From positions 415,456 to 479,455 of the forward strand of contig NMRA01000326.1 of assembly GCA_002633005.1 (NCBI GenBank): a stretch of DNA of 64,000 bases, given 5' to 3'. Source of the DNA: Phoronis australis (Eukaryota; Animalia; Phoronida). The number at the start of each line of letters is the position of its first letter. Position 1 is the first letter of the stretch. The translations under genes and the position numbers were made by a program. Positions 57,501-64,000 of this stretch are shown here, one piece after another. A model generated the notes under the pieces. That model did not search any database. It had not been told where the DNA came from and saw only the letters and a list, made by a program, of their open reading frames with translations.

Positions 57501-60500
57501 TCCGACACGTCTTACTCTCACTCTACGTCATTTCACTATTCCGATACACCTTACTCTCACTCTCACGTCATTTCACTATTCCGCCACGTCTTTCTCTCGC
57601 TCTCACGTCATGTCACTATTCCGACACACCTTACTCTCACTCTCACGTTATTCTACTATTCCGACACACCGTACTCTCACTCTCACGTCATTGCACTATT
57701 CCGCCACGTCTTACTCTCGCTCTCACGTCATTTCACTATTCCGACACACCTTACTCTCACTCTCATGTCATTTCACTATTCCGACACGTCTTACTCTCAC
57801 TCTAATAATAAATCCCGCTGTGAGGGGAATAGGGTCCGGGAAGGAAGAGTTATGCGCACGAGCAGGCGCGGGTCACATGTGCGTGATGAAGTCTTAGTGC
57901 CATGCTATTAGAAGAAAATAGCCGAAATTCGAAAGACTAGCTGTTACTTTTATATGTAGAAATCGAGAAGCTGTAAACGACAGCCTTAGATTTGGGAACA
58001 TGTCTTCCCATGTAACTGAACAGGACTAGTAATTGAGGACTTTAAAATGACATGACGCTCTTTTTGCAGAACTCTACGGGAAGTGTACGATGGGTGAAAA
58101 TTGGGGATGTTTTAGAGAGGCCAAGTACGGTTTTATCTTGCCTACGATGTCTGGTAAAATCAACTCAAAGATTACTTTCAAATACGGTCGTGTAGAGGTC
58201 ATGGCGAAGTTACCACGTGGAGACTGGTTGTGGCCAGGTGAGTCGTAAGTACTTGGCCTCAAATTTACCTTTTGAGGTCTGGTTATGATGCGGTAAGCCA
58301 TCAGTACTTGGCCTTAAATTTTCCTTGTGTGAACGCGTGCGTTCAGTAGCGCTAGGACTTACGCTAGAACGTAGCCAAAATCTAGCCAAAGTAACGTGTT
58401 TTCATATAAAATACACGGCAATATCTCACCCAATCACGCGAAATCTTGCTTTTTAGCAAGGTCCTAGCGTTAGTGAGCGAGAGGCTGGTTGTGGCCAGGT
58501 GAGTCATGAGTACGTGACCCTAAGTATACCTTGTGAGGTTTGTTTGTGACCGGGTGACTCATGAATACTTCATCGTAAATTTATCTTTTGAAGCCTGGTT
58601 GTGAACAGGTGAGTCATGAGTACTTGATCATGAATTTACCATGTGAGGTCTGGCTGTGACCAGGTGAGACATGAGAACTTGACCGTAATTTTTTTTGGAT
58701 CGTACATTTGTCAGTTATAGACTGACTGTGACTGGGAAAGTCACGCTGGGCTGGATACCGTTGTTAGAGCGACGTTGATTCCACATGCATAAACGTAGAG
58801 ACATTATTGACATAACTAAACACGACTTCTTGATGCATCCTAATATCTTTGAGGTCTTTAATTGAAATGAACTATTAACACCATGATAACTACATGCCAC
58901 TGAGTACGCCAAATATTAGTGCATTCTTTGGCAAATCCTCCCAAAAGCAGAAATCATGTTGCATTGGAAATGCTAACGAGATTTTAATAATTTGGAATCT
59001 CCTGAGCCCAGAGTCAAATCACTGCAGGGCCCGGGATCAAATACTTTTACTCAAAATCGAACTCAAAATTACTTTGGGGATTTTCTATTCTACTTTTGTG
59101 AAAACCCAAAAAATGCCCGTTATTCTATGCTCGAGTATATAATGCCTTAAGGGGATGTTGCAAGAGGATTGTTTCTTTTTTGTTGGCATCATGGCAACAC
59201 AAGTATAGCGTGGTGCAAGAGGAAGGTTTCACTTTGTTGGCACCATGGCAACACAAGTAAGGCGTGTTGCAAGAGGAAGGTTTCATTTTGTCAGCACCGT
59301 AGCAACATAAGTACGGCGTGTTGCAAGAGGATGGTTTCACTTTGTCGCTATCATGGCAATATATTGTCGATTTGTCATTAAATTCAGCCAGCATGCACTC
59401 ATTTCTCTTGGCTTTCAAGGGTTTTACGAGAGGTATAGCAAGCATTGTCACTTTCCCCCCAACAGTAAAACTACTGACCCCTGTTGGTGGGAATGGAACG
59501 TTGTTTTCTAAACGATACGTTTAAATGAAAATATGCTGACCAAATGCTCCACAAATCACAGCGTGACGACATGGCAAACTGGTAAAACATGCTGTGAGAT
59601 GCGTGCAGATAGGGTAAGCGGATAATACACATTATGAATAGTGTGCGGGAGATACATGCGTGAGAAACGTGCAGGTAGGGCATTAAGAGTAATATCGGTG
59701 GTGACAGGAATGCGCATACTGAGCAAATGGGTGATAGATGCCTCGAAGAGCTTGTGTACACGGCAGTAGGGTGCTAATCCGATGAGGAGACAAATGAAAT
59801 AATGCAGATGTTTCAAGATTAAGCATTCAATTGATATTATATATACCTCCGGATATGGGTGCGTGTGTATGATTTCTGTCTTTCTGTTTCACTAAGTTCT
59901 TAATAAAGCAGATTCTCTTTTCGTTCTTTCCAGCTATTTGGCTCCTTCCTAGGCCTTCAAGTTATGGTGGATGGCCAAGATCTGGAGAAATAGATCTTGT
60001 TGAAAGTAGAGGTAAATAGGGTGGTTATGTTAAGTTAATTATATAAAATGTAGAATTTGGTTCTACCTGTAAGCTACTTTGGATCAAACGTTTCGACAGC
60101 CATGTCAAATATGACGTAAACAGACACGGGCGGAGTCAAAGGTGACATATGTACATCAAGAAGCGCCGTGGAGGAGGTGTAACGGTCCCCTATCAATTTA
60201 ACAATAAATGTGCACCATATAATCTAGGCCGAACGGGCGATTCCCTGGCTCCGAAAAAGCATATTTATTCTTACCTCCATTTTAAAATGCTTCGGTCAGG
60301 TACAATAGTTTTCAAAATAATCTGGGCAACGCCAAAACTCCCCGTTGTCAGAATGAATTTCTGTTTTTTTTTAATTTCCTCTTCACAAACATTTCATTTT
60401 TCACATTATTTTCACCAGACTTCGTCTTTTGTGGTGCTTAGTGGACTACTGTAAGTCCTCAATGAAAACATCCCAAAAGTACACGTGCTTGTTGCAGGCA

Positions 60501-63389
60501 ACAGAGACTACGGCAACATCGGGATTCATCACATGGGATCCACCCTCCATTGGGGTACCAGCCCTGGTCAGAACCGCTGGGGGATGACACATAAGTCTTA
60601 GTGAGTAAACGATTCTGTCTGAGCTCAGGGATCCCATGTGGTTGTTGTGGCAATGATTGGCTTTGCTGGTTCCGTCGGGTCAACCGGCTAGGACAGCTGA
60701 CTGGTTCTCGATGACGACCTCCAGCTTTTAAATCAATCAGATGTCTTATAGGGTTGACGGAACCGGAGAAGTCAATCAAGTGCAACTATATTGTACCATG
60801 AACCTTTCCGTTAGAGGGGCATCTTTTGAAGATGTGGTGGGTTTGGTAACACTTTGTAATAATGTCACCAACCTTGGCTTGAATGTATTTGATGAATATG
60901 CATGGTAACCCTTTATTGGATTTGTAGAAATACTACAAGTATTAGTATCGATGGCACACCTTTGATAAAGCCAACTCAGCGTATTAGCTTTATTCATGTC
61001 ATTCTATTTTATGCGTGTTATGTTGTTGAAGAAGCAGTTGACAGAATTATTTGCAGTAGTTGCCATGGTAACTATTTTTGAACTTTCAAAACAGCGCTAC
61101 TGCTCATTGGTGTTAGTAATTAGTTGATGCAAATCTAATACATTAGATGTATGCAGCTTTTATGTTGTTTTAAAAACGGCATATCAAAGTCTGTGTACAA
61201 GTTTTTGGGAGGGGCCACTTATGATTTAAGCAAGGTTGCCTGCCTTGGCTTCAAATGACTGTCCTCAAGCCTAGTAAAATTTGTGACCTTGACCGGATAA
61301 TACGTGGTCATCATAGTAACAATTAAGCTTACCAACACCAGTGAGGTTTACCAATGAGACAACTCAGGTACTTTTGGCAAGGTTGCCTTGTTCTAACGTG
61401 AAATGGCCCCCAAACATAAAATTATTGATGATAACCACGACAACGGTGTATATTTCAGCTTGGAAACCCCTCAAGTTTCAAGGGAGGATCACTGTAAATA
61501 CTTTGAACACGGTTCTATGCTTTTAGCATGTCATTCCCATCAAATTTAAAACTAACATTACCACAATGACTTATGAATTAAAACTTGAACGTTTTAGTAA
61601 CGCACCTTCTGGTAAAACCTGGGCCGACGGAATGCATAAATACGTACTGGACTGGGATGAATCTGGAATCAGGTAGGTGTCTTAGCAACGTTAATAGATG
61701 AGTTTCACTTAGAAATAAACACCAGACAAGTCAAGTGTCCATAGGTATGGATACAGAGTCAGTTCAAACGAATTTCAATACACCTACATAGGCTAGGGAG
61801 TCAGTACCGCCAGGTGTTAACAAGCGTGCATACTATGTCAGTCCAGTCTGGTGTCAATAGATCTGGATTAAGTCCAGTAAAGTATAAATGGGCCTTGAAA
61901 CATATAGAAGAGATGAACGTTTGGGGAAAATGTGTCAACTACCAATGCCTGATTTATCATCTGAAGACCGAAAAACTGGTGTCGATGGAGAGTGCAGGTT
62001 GAGGTTTGTCGACTGGAGATGGAAGAGAGTAAAACCGATATCGATCTCGGATAAAAACTGGTTGGTGGCGGGAGTGAACCTGGAGTCGACCGGTGCGAGG
62101 GTTACGCTCACAATTTCTTGTCTCCCCACTTAATTAAACCTCTCTATGCCTATGGCGGGTGGTCAGTGCTATCGTCTGAACCGGGACGGCAAAGTTGAGT
62201 CAGACGGGTCTGATGCAACAAGTCCTGGTAAAGCCAGCATAAGCACCTTTTGTGCGTAAACACTTTTGGAGGCCACCGTTATCTTTGACTGTGACCATCG
62301 ACAAAACTGTCTTAATTTTGTCGCCTGTCAGTCATGTTTTGCCAGTCCTTGTTTTTGAAAGTATTGTGGCTAATATCTAGACACTTTTGGATATTTTGCC
62401 GTCATTTTTAACAGAAATCCATCAGTGAATGGCTTCTGTAATGACACCCAGAGAGACGGGTTAGGTTGTCCAACAAAACTGCAAGAGCGGCCGTTCGGCG
62501 ACCAGCAGGCTTACGGACACTGGACCCATATGGCTGCGTCGTGAGCTTGATGCTGGACTCGTCTGGATTGTGTCTGCTTCTGAACATATGTTCAATCATT
62601 CTTTTAATGCCACTGATTTCTAGGTATGTGCCTCGTTGGAGACCCAGCGTGGACATTAACTCCATTTACTTTTAATTAAGACCATTTGCAATTGTTCATT
62701 AGACACATTACAGGTGGTTTCGTGACTTGAAAAGAAATGTCAGTTCATTAATGCTTATAAACAGGCTTTATAAGTTTTCTTTTCACGACCGGTCATTTTA
62801 TGCGACAAACGTTGTCTCAAGCAATAACGAACTGCAAGTTGTTTGTTTCGTATCGAGCAGATTGTCCGACATTAGCTTGAAGAGTTGACAAAAAAGAGCG
62901 TTGGGTTGTTGGGGTGCTCTGTGATTCCATTACAAGTTCGGTGAACTTATACGTATTATAAAACTCGGGAAGTAAGGGTTTATAATTTCAAGGTAGCTGA
63001 GGTGAATCTTTGTAAATGTCTAGTATCAATTTATATTCTGTGCTTCTGAGCTGTTGTCGTTTCATACTTGTGTTTACGAACACGAAATGGAGACAACTCA
63101 AATCCAAGATAGTAACCAACAAGTTGTTTGTCAGCATCGTTTGTTTCACATGTACATCCGTTGTATGTATTCTTATTTGTCAGGCGTCTTACTCTCAACG
63201 CATTCTATGTAGACTTGGTCAGATTTCCACAACAGGTTCAAATATCGACTGGCATCTTTCAGAACGTACGTGGATGGTGTACAGGTTCTCAATGTGCGTA
63301 CACCCAGTCAGGGGTACTACAGATGGGGAAACTTCCCTGAGGGCAATGTTTGGGGTTCCGGATCCAAGGCGGCACCTTTTGACAAGCCG
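48501..63389 (+). CDS. Secreted beta-1,3-glucanase / beta-1,3-glucan-binding protein (signal peptide + CBM39-like + GGNT linker + GH16); 3'-partial
   Basis: Exons 48501-48609 (MLYTVALLCFISASQA signal-like), 49518-49619, 51880-52062 (GKWVYEN...KKGDRVYYWIY, GGNT repeats), 52730-52824 (DEQFNG...TTWGGG), 55830-55904 (NNEFQIY), 56393-56453, 58070-58237 (FKYGRVEVMAKLPRGDWLWP), 59934-60011 (AIWLLP...YGGWPRSGEIDLVESRG), 60498-60600 (GSTLHWG), 61598-61672, 63263-63389 (KAAPFDKP). All phases agree; no stop codon within the window. Confidence 0.92.
48790..49434 (+). mobile_element. Solo LTR (Gypsy-like), 645 bp, in glucanase intron 1
   Basis: TGTAAC...GTTACA termini, exact 4-bp TSD ATTG on both sides, internal TATAAAT (about 49244) and AATAAA (49327). 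Confidence 0.85.
49780..50145. repeat. 55-bp minisatellite
   Basis: GCTAAGTGGTATCTAACTGTATTTTGACGATAGTCTTCATATAACTAACTGACTG variants. Confidence 0.85.
55025..55660. repeat. Compound minisatellite, two related ~43/48-bp units alternating
   Basis: TTACAGACCATAGCTAATGGCCCTATTCCTCACAT alternating with TTACAGACAATATTTAGCTAATGACC.CATTCCTCACAT. Confidence 0.85.
56675..57272. repeat. 46-bp minisatellite, 13 copies
   Basis: GTCGACACTACGTGACACATTGTTTCTTTCCTTTGATTAATTACAA. Confidence 0.95.
57420..57803. repeat. ~40-bp minisatellite
   Basis: TTCCGACACACCTTACTCTCACTCTCACGTCATTTCACTA variants. Confidence 0.85.
58340..58479. mobile_element. Short MITE-like insertion; related sequence at about 18728-18800
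   Basis: Imperfect IR CGTTCAGTAGCGCTAGGAC / GTCCTAGCGTTAGTGAGCG; shares TAGC(C/T)AAAATCTAGCCAAAGT.ACGTGTT.TCAT.TAAAATAC with the 18750 region. Confidence 0.5.
59155..59362. repeat. ~57-bp degenerate tandem repeat
   Basis: TGCAAGAGGA(A/T)GGTTTCA.TTTGT.GGCA.CATGGCAACA, about 3.5 copies. Confidence 0.7.
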
Positions 63390-64000
63390 GTTAGTTTATG
63401 TTGCGAATATTCAATTCACTTAATATAAACTCGCAATCCGAGGTGAACTTTAGATTTAGACCACTTACTGGTATAAACTCAACTTATTTCTTATTACTCA
63501 AATGGTATGTGACTTCCGGGTTTGGGCCGGGATTCCTCGAAACTATGCTCCGTTTCTTAAAGTGACACACAGTGACAACCCAAGCATAATTTTGTCCACT
63601 GTCCAAGGGAAAATTTGAGACCAGATTCATAACGTTAAAAGGTCTGAAGGAAAATTTGTTTTCGTGATGTATGACGTGTTTACTGTCGCCTTAAGTATAA
63701 GCTCGACTTGATTTCGATCGCTTACAATTGTGTAATGAAAAAACTGAGCGCGTGAGATGAGACTACGAGTTCAGAGCATGATTTCAAGCAATGACGAATT
63801 GCCATATCTTTCCAACCCCTGATACCACTTCTCATATGAGAGAGGAATACGTGGAAACAAAATTTACAATCAAATTTACTTTATTTTCTTTTATGAAACA
63901 AAGATTTAAAAGTGCCGGTTTAGCTGGCTCAATAACAAAAGTAGAATTAGACGTTTTGCGCTCATAAAAATTGCCGTTGTCTGTCGATCGCTTTAACACA

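Noticed and set aside
57351-57911. 186-aa and 164-aa repetitive ORFs
   Set aside because: Translations of an intronic ~40-bp minisatellite, with no splice or homology support.

Overview
Intron-rich, AT-rich eukaryotic (metazoan, probably marine invertebrate) genomic DNA, not prokaryotic. Most ORFs in the supplied track are spurious or are exons running into introns. Three + strand host genes can be rebuilt by hand from splice sites and reading phase: (1) TMEM67/meckelin, 5'-partial, 843-32297, with a duplicated, apparently mutually exclusive Cys-containing exon (9235-9386 vs 13059-13231) and a U12-type intron (15024-15386); (2) a complete 3-exon Patched-related/PTCHD3-like gene (37753-44066, 972 aa); (3) a secreted CBM39+GH16 beta-1,3-glucanase/glucan-binding protein, 3'-partial, 48501->63389, with an intact EIDLVE catalytic motif. 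Mobile DNA includes a degraded hAT transposase beside an assembly gap, two internally deleted Kolobok-type elements (THAP-transposase convergent with a P2X7-ballast/KolX-like gene), a Helentron/HINE-like element carrying an array of co-oriented CTCF-like motifs, a solo LTR, a LINE RT relic, several MITEs and many minisatellites, three of which amplify splice-site sequences. All calls come from reading the sequence by eye; no database search was run.
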